DNA of 64,000 bases. Origin: a bacterium. GTDB taxonomy: Bacteria; Bacteroidota; Bacteroidia; Bacteroidales; Muribaculaceae. The stretch's first letter is position 1; every line of letters begins with the position of its first letter. A model generated the notes under the pieces. The model searched no databases. It saw only the letters and a program-made list of their open reading frames with translations, and was not told the origin of the DNA. Made by a program: the position numbers and the translations under genes. The stretch covers positions 2,798 to 66,797 of the forward strand of contig SFVH01000003.1 of the NCBI GenBank assembly GCA_004561555.1, given 5' to 3'. Shown here piece after piece: positions 37,995-47,608 of this stretch.

Positions 37995-38789
37995 ATGGCG
38001 GGCACTGCCAATTCTTCCGATATGAGTTTTTGGGCACATCTTGACGACCTCAGAAGAGTGTTGTTCAAGATGGCGTTGGTGCTTGCGTTGTTTATGGCGG
38101 TGTTTTTCATATATATGCCGTGGCTATTTGACAATGTAATACTTGCCCCATGCCATGGCGACTTTTTTCTTTATCGCCTATTTGCCGGAGTGACGGCAGC
38201 CATCCCCGGATTAGATCATTTTTCCACCGACGATTTTTCAGTAAATCTCATCAACCTTAATCTTACAGCACAATTTTTCACACACCTTTCCACCTCATTT
38301 TGGCTGTCGTTGGTGTTTTCTTTTCCCATATTGCTTTATCTATTATGGACATTCGTGCGACCTGCACTTTACCCGAATGAAATAAAGGGTGCTCGCACGG
38401 CATTCTCATTGGGTGCAATAATGTTTTATATCGGATTGGCGGTGGGATATTTTCTTGTGTTCCCCATCACATTGCGATTTCTATACACCTACCAACTGAG
38501 CGGCGCCATCACCAACAGTTTGTCGCTCGACTCCTATATGGATAACTTTATGATGCTCAATCTCATTATGGGCATCACCTTCGAATTACCCTTGTTGGCA
38601 TGGGCGCTCTCCTCTATTGGCTTATTACGGCGACAATTCTTCAAACGCTATCGTCGTCATGCCATTGTTGTGCTTCTCATCCTTGCCGCCGTGATTACCC
38701 CCACCGGCGACCCTTTCACTCTGATGATAGTGTTTCTACCCATATATTTGCTCTATGAAGCGAGCGCCATAATAGTAAAGAAAGAATAA
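37995..38789 (+). CDS. tatC: Twin-arginine translocase subunit TatC
   Basis: 264 aa with six TM segments, SFWAHLDDLRRVL at the N-terminus and VITPTGDPFT. Confidence 0.9.
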   Translation: MAGTANSSDMSFWAHLDDLRRVLFKMALVLALFMAVFFIYMPWLFDNVILAPCHGDFFLYRLFAGVTAAIPGLDHFSTDDFSVNLINLNLTAQFFTHLSTSFWLSLVFSFPILLYLLWTFVRPALYPNEIKGARTAFSLGAIMFYIGLAVGYFLVFPITLRFLYTYQLSGAITNSLSLDSYMDNFMMLNLIMGITFELPLLAWALSSIGLLRRQFFKRYRRHAIVVLLILAAVITPTGDPFTLMIVFLPIYLLYEASAIIVKKE

Positions 38790-39628
38790 TGAATAAAACC
38801 CTCTATATATCCGACCTCGACGGAACACTTCTCAACAGTAGCAGCCTTGTTTCCGAGACCTCTCGACATATGCTCAACCATCTTATTGAAGAGCAGGGCA
38901 TCCTCTTTTCTATTGCCACAGCACGTACCCCAGCCACCGTGGCTCGATTAATGGAAGGCATCGCTTGCAAACTGCCGTTAATTGTGATGACCGGAGCAGC
39001 AATGTGGACCCCGGCAGGACTAACCAACACTCATTTTCTCAAAACGAAAGATGTAAAAACCATTCTACATCTCACCTCAAAAGCCGGCATACAGCCATTT
39101 TTCTACACCCTCAATGGCACTCGCATAGAAGCATGGCATCATCCGGAAGTCAACGACTATGACCGTGACTTTATGATGCAACGATGCCACACAGTGCACA
39201 AACGATTTATCTTATCTCCCGAGTTAGACGAGCAACGAATGAAGCTCACTATGCTTGTGTTTGCTGCTGCCGACTACAACCTTATGGGTAATGTTTTTCA
39301 ACAAGTAAAGACTCAAACCGACTGCTCTATCACCTACTATCGCGACATCTTTAACAACAACATAGGTTTTTTGGAGGCGATGGGCAATGGTGTGTCGAAA
39401 GCTAAAGCCGTAGCTCAGCTCAAAGAGCAATGCAAAGCAGAGAGAGTGGTGGTGTTTGGCGACAGCCCAAACGACTTGTCGATGCGCACCGTAGCCGACG
39501 TGTTTGTTGCTCCCGAAAACGCATCGCCGGAAGTGCTTCGTGTGGCTGACGAAGTGACTTTGACAAACAACGACGACTGCGTAGCTCATTGGATTAATAA
39601 CGATGTAAAACGACAATCAAAGCGATGA
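38789..39628 (+). CDS. Cof-type HAD-IIB phosphatase
   Basis: LYISDLDGTLLNS, FSIATARTP, FGDSPNDLSM. The start overlaps the tatC stop (TAATG). Confidence 0.85.
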   Translation: MNKTLYISDLDGTLLNSSSLVSETSRHMLNHLIEEQGILFSIATARTPATVARLMEGIACKLPLIVMTGAAMWTPAGLTNTHFLKTKDVKTILHLTSKAGIQPFFYTLNGTRIEAWHHPEVNDYDRDFMMQRCHTVHKRFILSPELDEQRMKLTMLVFAAADYNLMGNVFQQVKTQTDCSITYYRDIFNNNIGFLEAMGNGVSKAKAVAQLKEQCKAERVVVFGDSPNDLSMRTVADVFVAPENASPEVLRVADEVTLTNNDDCVAHWINNDVKRQSKR

Positions 39629-40845
39629 AATTTAACATCTACGATAAAAGAAAACTGTGGAAATGGATATTCTTGTTTCTATCAGTAGTGCTTGTGGGCT
39701 TTTTCCTTATAGTGTCAAACAATCTTGTCAATGACCTTGCCAAACAAGAACGCGAACGTATGGAGATTTGGGCAAATGCGACAAAAGCTCTCGCCACCGC
39801 CCCTATGTCGACCGACGACAACGGGATGGCAATGCAGTCGGGCGACATCGATTTCTATCTTGGCATAATAGAAAAAAACGACAATATCCCCGTGCTTCTC
39901 GTTGACGAAGACAACAACATTCTTATGCACCGCAACTTCGACCTGCCGGAGCCTGTCGACACCCTCAATCCAATGACACTCTCTCCCGCCAACGAAACAT
40001 TCTTGCAAGACAAACTATCACATCTTCGCAATTCTCGAAACCACATACTTATCAAGATTGATGACCAAATCACCCAACACCTTTATTATGAAGACTCAAC
40101 GCTTCTCACTTCAATGTCATACTATCCACGCATCCAACTACTCGTGATGATACTATTTGTGGCGCTTGTATACTTCGCCGTGATGACGATAAAAAAAGCA
40201 GAGCAAAACAAAGTGTGGGTAGGACTGTCAAAAGAAACAGCACACCAACTGGGCACTCCGATTTCGTCGCTGATGGCGTGGGTACAGATGCTTGAAGCGT
40301 CCGGTATTGACAAAGAAATTGTCGACGATATGAATAAGGATGTAAACCGTCTTTCAATGATTGCCGACCGTTTCTCTAAAATAGGCTCTAAGCCGGAAAT
40401 GGCGCTGCAACCCATTTGCGATGTAGTGACAAAAAGCCTCGACTATCTTCGAGCACGCATTTCTACCGCTGTATCTCTCTCCACCGACCTCCCCCAAAAC
40501 GAACACAACGTGATGTTATGCCGTCCTCTATTTGAATGGGTGATGGAAAACTTATGTAAAAATGCTGTTGATGCAATGCAAGGCAAAGGTTCTCTTAATG
40601 TTCTGGTCGGTTATGACAAGAAAACGGCATTTATTGAAGTAACCGACACCGGGAAAGGCATTGCTCGCAAAAATTTCTCTAATGTTTTTAGCCCGGGATA
40701 TACCACCAAAAAGCGAGGTTGGGGATTGGGACTGACCCTCGCCAAACGAATTGTGGAAGAATACCATGGCGGACGAATATTCGTGAAACAGTCGGAAATA
40801 GGTGTCGGCACCACTTTCCGCATTGAGCTACCAATTGAAGGATAG
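39625..40845 (+). CDS. Membrane sensor histidine kinase (no adjacent response regulator)
   Basis: 406 aa with two TM segments flanking a ~130-aa periplasmic region. The H-box is HQLGTPISSLMAW and the HATPase G-boxes are DTGKGI and GWGLGL. There is a 4-nt ATGA overlap with the HAD gene. Confidence 0.85.
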   Translation: MKFNIYDKRKLWKWIFLFLSVVLVGFFLIVSNNLVNDLAKQERERMEIWANATKALATAPMSTDDNGMAMQSGDIDFYLGIIEKNDNIPVLLVDEDNNILMHRNFDLPEPVDTLNPMTLSPANETFLQDKLSHLRNSRNHILIKIDDQITQHLYYEDSTLLTSMSYYPRIQLLVMILFVALVYFAVMTIKKAEQNKVWVGLSKETAHQLGTPISSLMAWVQMLEASGIDKEIVDDMNKDVNRLSMIADRFSKIGSKPEMALQPICDVVTKSLDYLRARISTAVSLSTDLPQNEHNVMLCRPLFEWVMENLCKNAVDAMQGKGSLNVLVGYDKKTAFIEVTDTGKGIARKNFSNVFSPGYTTKKRGWGLGLTLAKRIVEEYHGGRIFVKQSEIGVGTTFRIELPIEG

Positions 40846-40887
40846 TCAAAAAAATTCAAAAAAGTTTGGATATCCAAAAATTATGCA

Positions 40888-40895
40888 TAACTTTG
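40888..40895 (+). promoter_or_regulatory. -7 box (TAACTTTG) for the trp operon leader
   Basis: 24 nt before the leader ATG at 40919. Confidence 0.5.
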
Positions 40896-40918
40896 CATCA
40901 AAATAGAACAAACAGACA

Positions 40919-40969
40919 ATGGAAAGACAACATAACAACAACTATTGGTGGCGCCAATCGAGATTGTAA
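40919..40969 (+). CDS. trp operon leader peptide MERQHNNNYWWRQSRL (tandem Trp codons)
   Basis: Hand-found 16-codon ORF with TGG TGG at 40946..40951. It is followed by a terminator and then trpB. Confidence 0.7.
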   Translation: MERQHNNNYWWRQSRL

Positions 40970-41016
40970 AATCGCGGTTGCACACTGACTTTGTATCTTA
41001 GATAAATGACATCAGA

Positions 41017-41049
41017 GGCTCGTCGGCAACAGCGACGAGCCATTTTTTA
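41017..41049 (+). terminator. Attenuator terminator of the trp leader
   Basis: GGCTCGTCG-gcaacag-CGACGAGCC followed by ATTTTTTA, 24 nt before the trpB ATG. Confidence 0.75.
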
Positions 41050-41072
41050 TTAGAATAAATATACAAAAGATT

Positions 41073-42281
41073 ATGAATAACTCATTTTTAGTTGATGAAA
41101 AAGGATTTTATGGAAATTTCGGAGGGGCATACATTCCGGAAATCCTCTATGCTACGGTGGAAAATCTACGCCGAGAATATTTACCGATAATTGAAAGTGA
41201 AGATTTTCGCAAAGAATATTCTCAACTCCTTCGCGACTACGTGGGCCGTCCGTCACCACTCTACTATGCACGCCGCATGAGTGAGCAATATGGATGCCAC
41301 TTATACTTGAAGAGAGAAGACCTCAACCACACCGGAGCACACAAAATCAACAACACCATCGGACAGATACTCCTTGCAAAAAAAATGGGCAAAAAACGCA
41401 TCATCGCCGAGACCGGTGCCGGTCAACATGGCGTTGCTACAGCCACAGTGTGCGCATTGATGGACATACCGTGTGTGGTGTATCAAGGAGCGCTGGATGT
41501 GGAACGTCAACACGTCAATGTGGAGCGCATGAAGATGCTTGGAGCGGAAGTGCGCCCCGTGTATAGCGGCAACCACACCCTGAAAGATGCCACCAACGAA
41601 GCCATCCGCGATTGGTGTTGTCACCCTCGCGACACGTTTTACATCATTGGCTCAACAGTGGGACCGCACCCCTACCCTGACCTCGTGGCACGACTTCAGA
41701 GCGTCATTTCTAAAGAAATAAAGGAGCAACTCCTTGAGAAAATAGGGCGCGACTACCCCGACTATCTTATGGCTTGTGTGGGTGGTGGCTCTAATGCTGC
41801 AGGCACTATATACCACTACATCGACGACCTGAGAGTGAAGATAGTGCTTGCTGAAGCCGGAGGGAAAGGAGCTGATAGCGGTCACACAGCCGCCACTATC
41901 AGCACCGGCAGCTTAGGCATACTCCACGGCTCAAAAACTCTTGTGATGCAAACGCCCGATGGCCAGATAATCGAAGCCGAAAGCCTTTCTGCCGGGCTCG
42001 ACTATCCTGGTATAGGACCTATGCACGCCAACCTTGCCGAACAACATCGCGCCACAGTGCTGTCAATCAACGATGATGAAGCCGTAAAAGCCGCCTACCG
42101 ACTCACACGCATGGAAGGCATCATCCCGGCGTTGGAAAGCGCACATGCAATTGCTGCATTGGAAAAGATGAAATTTAAGAACGATGACGTGGTGGTGCTC
42201 ACAGTGAGCGGTCGTGGTGACAAAGATGTGGATACCTATCTTTCACATAAAGAGATGGCAGGCAAATACGGAAACTTTTAA
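41073..42281 (+). CDS. trpB: Tryptophan synthase beta chain
   Basis: 402 aa with LKREDLNHTGAHKINN (PLP lysine) and GGGSNAAG. Confidence 0.95.
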   Translation: MNNSFLVDEKGFYGNFGGAYIPEILYATVENLRREYLPIIESEDFRKEYSQLLRDYVGRPSPLYYARRMSEQYGCHLYLKREDLNHTGAHKINNTIGQILLAKKMGKKRIIAETGAGQHGVATATVCALMDIPCVVYQGALDVERQHVNVERMKMLGAEVRPVYSGNHTLKDATNEAIRDWCCHPRDTFYIIGSTVGPHPYPDLVARLQSVISKEIKEQLLEKIGRDYPDYLMACVGGGSNAAGTIYHYIDDLRVKIVLAEAGGKGADSGHTAATISTGSLGILHGSKTLVMQTPDGQIIEAESLSAGLDYPGIGPMHANLAEQHRATVLSINDDEAVKAAYRLTRMEGIIPALESAHAIAALEKMKFKNDDVVVLTVSGRGDKDVDTYLSHKEMAGKYGNF

Positions 42282-42293
42282 TACATAATATCA

Positions 42294-43691
42294 ATGGAAA
42301 CAAAAATATACACCTACACAACAACTTCACGAACACTGCTTGCCGACCTATATACTCCGGTAACCGTATATATGCGACTGCGTGACATTTACCCGCAAAG
42401 CGCACTGATGGAAAGTAGCGACTATCATGAAGCGAGCAACAGCCGCTCATTTATTGGCATTAATCCACTGGCATCAGTTGCTATCAATCATAATGTTGCC
42501 ACCCTCTCCTTCCCCGATGGAGAGAAAGAGCTACACGACATCACCGACAAATATACCGTGGCTGATGCTATACGACAATTTATCGACAAAATAAAAGTGG
42601 AAGGCGAAGGGTCTCGATACTGCGGCATCTACGGATACACTGCATTTGATGCCGTACGCTACACCGAGAATATCGACATCAAAGAAAACACTCCTGACAA
42701 AAACGATGCGCCGGATGTATATTACATCCTTTATCGCGACATCCTCGTGTTTGACCATTTCAACAGCACCCTTACGATGGTGACTCTCGGCAATCATGAC
42801 GACATCAACACTTTATATCGCCAAATTAACCGCTCCGACACACCGGTCTACGACTTTCACCCCATAGGCGAAACAACATCAAAACTTACCGACGAGGAAC
42901 ATTGCGAAAACATACGTCGCGGCATAGCTCACTGCCTGCGAGGCGATGTGTTTCAGATTGTAATGTCGCGTCGCTTCAGCCAGCAATTTATCGGCGATGA
43001 CTTCAAACTTTATCGCGCCCTACGGTCAATCAATCCATCGCCTTATTTGTTTTATTTCGACTTCGGAGGATTTCGCATTTTCGGGTCATCTCCCGAAACA
43101 CATTGCCGCATTGAGGACAGGAAAGTTTATATCGACCCCATTGCGGGCACAACACGTCGCACCGGCGACATCGAATCTGACCGTCACGGTGCGGAATATT
43201 TGCGCAATGACCCTAAGGAAAACGCCGAGCATGTGATGCTGGTTGACCTCGCTCGCAACGACTTGTCGCGCAACTGCCACGACGTAAAAGTGGATTTCTA
43301 CAAAGACTTGCAATACTATTCCCACGTTATCCACTTGGTGTCGAGAGTGAGTGGCATACTTAACGATGATGCCGACCCTATCAAAGCCTTTATCGACACA
43401 TTCCCCGCCGGCACATTGTCGGGAGCACCCAAAGTTAAAGCGATGCAATTGATAAGCCGCTATGAGCCACATAGCCGCGGAGCATACGGCGGTTGCATAG
43501 GATTTATCGGACTTAACGGTGACCTTAACCAAGCAATCACAATACGCTCATTTGTGGCACGCAACGGCGAACTGTGGTTTCAAGCCGGAGGTGGCATCGT
43601 TGCCAAAAGCAATGTGGAATATGAACTGCAAGAAGTGAATAATAAACTCGGAGCCTTGCGCCGTGCCATTATGATGGCAGAAAAAATGTAA
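42294..43691 (+). CDS. trpE: Anthranilate synthase component I
   Basis: 465 aa with LMESSDYH, GTLSGAPKVKAMQLI and GAYGGCIGF. Confidence 0.95.
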   Translation: METKIYTYTTTSRTLLADLYTPVTVYMRLRDIYPQSALMESSDYHEASNSRSFIGINPLASVAINHNVATLSFPDGEKELHDITDKYTVADAIRQFIDKIKVEGEGSRYCGIYGYTAFDAVRYTENIDIKENTPDKNDAPDVYYILYRDILVFDHFNSTLTMVTLGNHDDINTLYRQINRSDTPVYDFHPIGETTSKLTDEEHCENIRRGIAHCLRGDVFQIVMSRRFSQQFIGDDFKLYRALRSINPSPYLFYFDFGGFRIFGSSPETHCRIEDRKVYIDPIAGTTRRTGDIESDRHGAEYLRNDPKENAEHVMLVDLARNDLSRNCHDVKVDFYKDLQYYSHVIHLVSRVSGILNDDADPIKAFIDTFPAGTLSGAPKVKAMQLISRYEPHSRGAYGGCIGFIGLNGDLNQAITIRSFVARNGELWFQAGGGIVAKSNVEYELQEVNNKLGALRRAIMMAEKM

Positions 43692-43710
43692 CAATCAAAA
43701 ACAAAAGATT

Positions 43711-44274
43711 ATGAAAATAGTAATCATAGATAATTACGACTCCTTCACCTACAACCTCGCACACTTGGTGAAATCACTCGGAGCTGAGGTCGAGGTAGTG
43801 CGCAACGACAAATTTCATATCTCTGACCTTGCACCTTATGACAAAATAATCTTAAGTCCCGGACCCGGCATCCCCTCAGAAGCCGGACTACTCCTTGATG
43901 TTATCCGTCACTATGCCGACAAGAAACCCATCCTCGGAGTATGTCTTGGTCATCAAGCTATAGGAGAGGTGTTTGGAGCACAATTGGAAAATCTCAGCGA
44001 GGTGTTTCACGGCATTGCTACCGAAGGAAACCAAAATGGTAGAGACTATCTTTTTGAAGGTTTACCTCAGCGTTTCACTATGGGTCGTTACCACTCTTGG
44101 GTGGTGAGCAACGACAACTTCCCCGACTGCTTGGAGATAACTGCAACAAGCGACGAAGGACAAATCATGGCACTGCGCCATCTCACATATGACATCCACG
44201 GCATCCAGTTTCATCCTGAAAGTGTGCTCACACCCGATGGGAAAACTATTATCAACAATTTTCTAAAACACTGA
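43711..44274 (+). CDS. trpG: Anthranilate synthase component II (glutamine amidotransferase)
   Basis: 187 aa with IIDNYDSFTYNL, GVCLGHQAIG and GIQFHPES. Confidence 0.95.
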   Translation: MKIVIIDNYDSFTYNLAHLVKSLGAEVEVVRNDKFHISDLAPYDKIILSPGPGIPSEAGLLLDVIRHYADKKPILGVCLGHQAIGEVFGAQLENLSEVFHGIATEGNQNGRDYLFEGLPQRFTMGRYHSWVVSNDNFPDCLEITATSDEGQIMALRHLTYDIHGIQFHPESVLTPDGKTIINNFLKH

Positions 44275-44281
44275 CACAACT

Positions 44282-45292
44282 ATGGTAGACACAATAAAAC
44301 TCCTATTCTCACGCATCCTCAACCATGAGGCATTGACGCGCGAAGAAACTTGCGAAATTCTGATGGGTATCACTCGTGGCGACTACGCCACCGAACAAAT
44401 CGGAGCATTACTTACAGCGATGCAAATGCGAGGAGTGAGCGTTGACGAACTTCTCGGCTTTCGCGATGGCATCCTTTCTACGGGAGTGGCTGTAAAACTC
44501 GACTGCGACCGCTTTATCGACATCGTAGGCACCGGCGGCGATGGCAAAAACACCTTTAACATCTCCACTGCAGCGTGCTTTGTAGTGGCCGGTGCCGGAT
44601 ATAAAGTGGCTAAACACGGTAACTATTCGGCAACAAGTACCAGTGGGGCTTCCAATGTCATTGAGCAACACGGTGTGAAATTTACCGCAGACAGCGACAC
44701 CCTCCAACGCAGCATCGATGAGTGTGGCATCGTCTATCTCCATGCCCCGCTCTTTGCAAAAGCTATGAAATATGTGGCACCCACACGCAAGGCGTTACCC
44801 TTCCCAACCTGCTTCAATCTCCTCGGGCCGTTGGTCAACCCCTCCACGCCGCCATGCCAAGTGTTGGGCGTAGCGTCACTCAAGCAGATGCGCCTTTACA
44901 GCGCCGTCTATCAAAACATGGGCATCGACTACGCTATTGTGAATAGCATCGACGGATATGATGAAATATCACTGACAGGAGAATTCAAGATAATGACCAA
45001 ATATAATGAAGAAATTCTAACTCCCAAAGACTTAGGATTAAAAACGATTTCTCCCAGCGACTTGACAGCAGGCCAAAACGTGGAAGAAGCGGCAAAGGTA
45101 TTTGACGAAGTGCTTGCCGGCACTGCCCCAGAGTCTAAAAAAGAGGTCGTTGTAGCCAATGCAGCAATAGCTATCAATGTGCTTGACAAGGGCAAAAAGT
45201 CTTTCGACGATTGCATTGCCATTGCTCGCGAATCACTCGACAGCGGCAATGCCCTTGCAACTTTCAAAAAATTTGTATCTCTTAACTCTTGA
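44282..45292 (+). CDS. trpD: Anthranilate phosphoribosyltransferase
   Basis: 336 aa with DIVGTGGDGKNTFNISTA and KHGN. Confidence 0.95.
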   Translation: MVDTIKLLFSRILNHEALTREETCEILMGITRGDYATEQIGALLTAMQMRGVSVDELLGFRDGILSTGVAVKLDCDRFIDIVGTGGDGKNTFNISTAACFVVAGAGYKVAKHGNYSATSTSGASNVIEQHGVKFTADSDTLQRSIDECGIVYLHAPLFAKAMKYVAPTRKALPFPTCFNLLGPLVNPSTPPCQVLGVASLKQMRLYSAVYQNMGIDYAIVNSIDGYDEISLTGEFKIMTKYNEEILTPKDLGLKTISPSDLTAGQNVEEAAKVFDEVLAGTAPESKKEVVVANAAIAINVLDKGKKSFDDCIAIARESLDSGNALATFKKFVSLNS

Positions 45293-45296
45293 TGTT

Positions 45297-46085
45297 ATGA
45301 AAGATATATTGAGCACAATTATTGCAGCAAAGCGCATTGAGGTGACAGAAGCAAAGCTCCACACTCCAATGAATATGTTAGAGCGACAACTTGACGAGCT
45401 CCAACTGCCAAGAGTGGCTTCGCTCGCCTCTTCGCTCGCCTCTTCGCCCTACGGCATCATTGCTGAGTTTAAGCGGAAATCACCCTCAAAGGGATGGATA
45501 AAAGCCGATGGCGATGCTTCGTCAATACCGCTTTCCTATCAAAATTCGGGTGCTTCAGCATTAAGTATACTCACCGACAAAGTTTTTTTTGGTGGCACTG
45601 ACGACGATATAAGAGCCGCCAGAAAAAGCGGGGTCACCTTGCCTGTGCTATACAAAAATTTTGTGATAGACGAATATCAACTGCTACAAGCTCGACTTTG
45701 TGGTGCCTCTGCAGTGCTGCTTATTGCATCAGCTCTATCTCTCGATGAATGCAAGCAACTGCGCAACAGTGCAAAAGCATTAGGGCTTGAAGTGCTTCTC
45801 GAAATGCACACCGAAAGCGAACTTGCCTATGCCGACTGTCTCCCGGAAATGTGTGGCATCAACAACCGCAACCTCGGCACCTTTACAACCTCTGTAGAAC
45901 AATCATTGCGCTTTGTCGACCGGCTACCTTCTGAAGCTGTAAAGATTAGCGAAAGCGGCATCTCTGACCCTTCCACAGTCAACACTCTGCGCTCTGCCGG
46001 TTTCCGGGGATTTCTTATCGGCGAACGACTAATGAGAGAAGACAATCCCGGCTTGGCATTACACAATTTTATCGCTGCGCTATGA
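45297..46085 (+). CDS. trpC: Indole-3-glycerol phosphate synthase
   Basis: MKDILSTIIAAKRIEV, IIAEFKRKSPSKG, NNRNL. The start was set at ATG 45297; the track ORF begins earlier, inside trpD. Confidence 0.9.
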   Translation: MKDILSTIIAAKRIEVTEAKLHTPMNMLERQLDELQLPRVASLASSLASSPYGIIAEFKRKSPSKGWIKADGDASSIPLSYQNSGASALSILTDKVFFGGTDDDIRAARKSGVTLPVLYKNFVIDEYQLLQARLCGASAVLLIASALSLDECKQLRNSAKALGLEVLLEMHTESELAYADCLPEMCGINNRNLGTFTTSVEQSLRFVDRLPSEAVKISESGISDPSTVNTLRSAGFRGFLIGERLMREDNPGLALHNFIAAL

Positions 46086-46699
46086 TAGTGAAAGTGTGTG
46101 GTATGACCGACGCCACAAATATTCGGCAAACAATCGACGTAGGCGCCGACATCATAGGAATGATATTTTATCCACCTTCATCGCGATGCATAAAAGCAGT
46201 GCCTGCAATCGATGATTGCATAAGACGCTTCGGGGTATTTGTCAATGAAGATATCGCAACAGTAATTGCTACCGCCGAAACCTATCGATTGACCGGAGTG
46301 CAGCTCCACGGCTCTGAAACACCGGAGTATCTTGCAGATCTACATCGACGACTGCCTGAAATTGTGATAGCCAAAGCCATAAGCGTGGCTGATGCCGACG
46401 ACTTGCAAAAAGCCGACCTCTATGCCTCAACAGCGCAACTACTCGTGTTTGACACCAAATGCAACTCCTATGGCGGCAGCGGAAAAAAGTTTCATTGGCA
46501 ACTGCTCGACAACTATCACGGCACTCTCCCGTTTCTGCTCAGCGGAGGCATTTCGCCGAATGATGCGGAAGCAATTACAACGATTCATCATCCCCAAATG
46601 ATTGGCGTAGACCTCAATTCACAGTTTGAAACAAGTCCCGGGATGAAAGATATCAATAAACTTAAACTATTTATCCACCAACTAAAATCAAGACAATGA
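46082..46699 (+). CDS. trpF: Phosphoribosylanthranilate isomerase
   Basis: 205 aa with KVCGMT, GVQLHG and LSGGISPNDA. It overlaps trpC by 4 nt. Confidence 0.9.
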   Translation: MIVKVCGMTDATNIRQTIDVGADIIGMIFYPPSSRCIKAVPAIDDCIRRFGVFVNEDIATVIATAETYRLTGVQLHGSETPEYLADLHRRLPEIVIAKAISVADADDLQKADLYASTAQLLVFDTKCNSYGGSGKKFHWQLLDNYHGTLPFLLSGGISPNDAEAITTIHHPQMIGVDLNSQFETSPGMKDINKLKLFIHQLKSRQ

Positions 46700-47472
46700 A
46701 CAAAATAAACCTTCTCTTTGCCAATCGCGGCAACCGCTCTCTTCTATCACTCTATTTTTGTGCCGGATGCCCGGAGCTTGACAGCACCGCTGACACCATT
46801 CTCACTCTGCAACGTCGAGGCATCGATATGATTGAAGTAGGCATACCTTTTTCCGACCCTATGGCAGACGGCGTGGTGATACAAGATGCCGCCACCAAGG
46901 CGCTTCGAAATGGTATGTCACTAAGGCTTCTCTTTTCACAACTCGCATCAATCCAAGATAAAGTAACCATTCCACTGGTACTTATGGGCTATCTCAATCC
47001 CATTATGCATTACGGAATTGAAGATTTTTTTGCCAAATGCAAGGAAACGGGAGTTTCAGGAGTAATCATCCCCGACTTGCCGTTTAAAGACTATCTCGAC
47101 ACTATCAAGCCTTGTGCCGACCGACACGATATACGCGTCATTATGCTAATCACACCGGAAACCGATGAAGAGCGCATACGCTTTATTGATGAGCATACCG
47201 ACGGCTTTATTTACATGGTGTCGTCGGCAGCCACCACCGGTGCACAACAAAGCTTCGATGATGCCAAGCAAGCATATTTCCGACGCATCAATGCAATGAA
47301 CCTAAAAAATCCGAGAATGATAGGATTTGGTATCTCCAACAAGCAGACCCTTGAAAGCGCAACCGCTAATGCCGCCGGAGCAATTATCGGCAGTAAATTT
47401 GTCAGCCTTCTTTCCGAGTCGGCCAATGCCGACGAAGCCCTCGACAAACTCTTCTCCGCACTATCCAAATAG
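46696..47472 (+). CDS. trpA: Tryptophan synthase alpha chain
   Basis: 258 aa with IEVGIPFSDPMADGVVIQ and GFGIS. It overlaps trpF by 4 nt. Confidence 0.95.
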   Translation: MNKINLLFANRGNRSLLSLYFCAGCPELDSTADTILTLQRRGIDMIEVGIPFSDPMADGVVIQDAATKALRNGMSLRLLFSQLASIQDKVTIPLVLMGYLNPIMHYGIEDFFAKCKETGVSGVIIPDLPFKDYLDTIKPCADRHDIRVIMLITPETDEERIRFIDEHTDGFIYMVSSAATTGAQQSFDDAKQAYFRRINAMNLKNPRMIGFGISNKQTLESATANAAGAIIGSKFVSLLSESANADEALDKLFSALSK

Positions 47473-47550
47473 ACCAAGCGGCGCCATTCTCTATACAGCC
47501 TTACTTTACGGCATTTCTTCTGCGTCACTTCCTACTCATGGAATCACGAC

Positions 47551-47587
47551 AAAAAGCATACCGTTAACCGACAGATTAACGGTATGC
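47551..47587 (-). terminator. Intrinsic terminator after xerD (minus strand), between convergent trpA and xerD
   Basis: GCATACCGTTAA-8 nt-TTAACGGTATGC (12 bp perfect). The T-run is only on the minus-strand side. Confidence 0.75.
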
Positions 47588-47608
47588 CAATTCAAACAAT
47601 AGCATTAT

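Noticed and set aside
37637-38134. 165-aa minus-strand ORF spanning the tatA region
   Set aside because: It is antisense to tatA and the tatC start, both of which have strong family signatures. It has no independent support.
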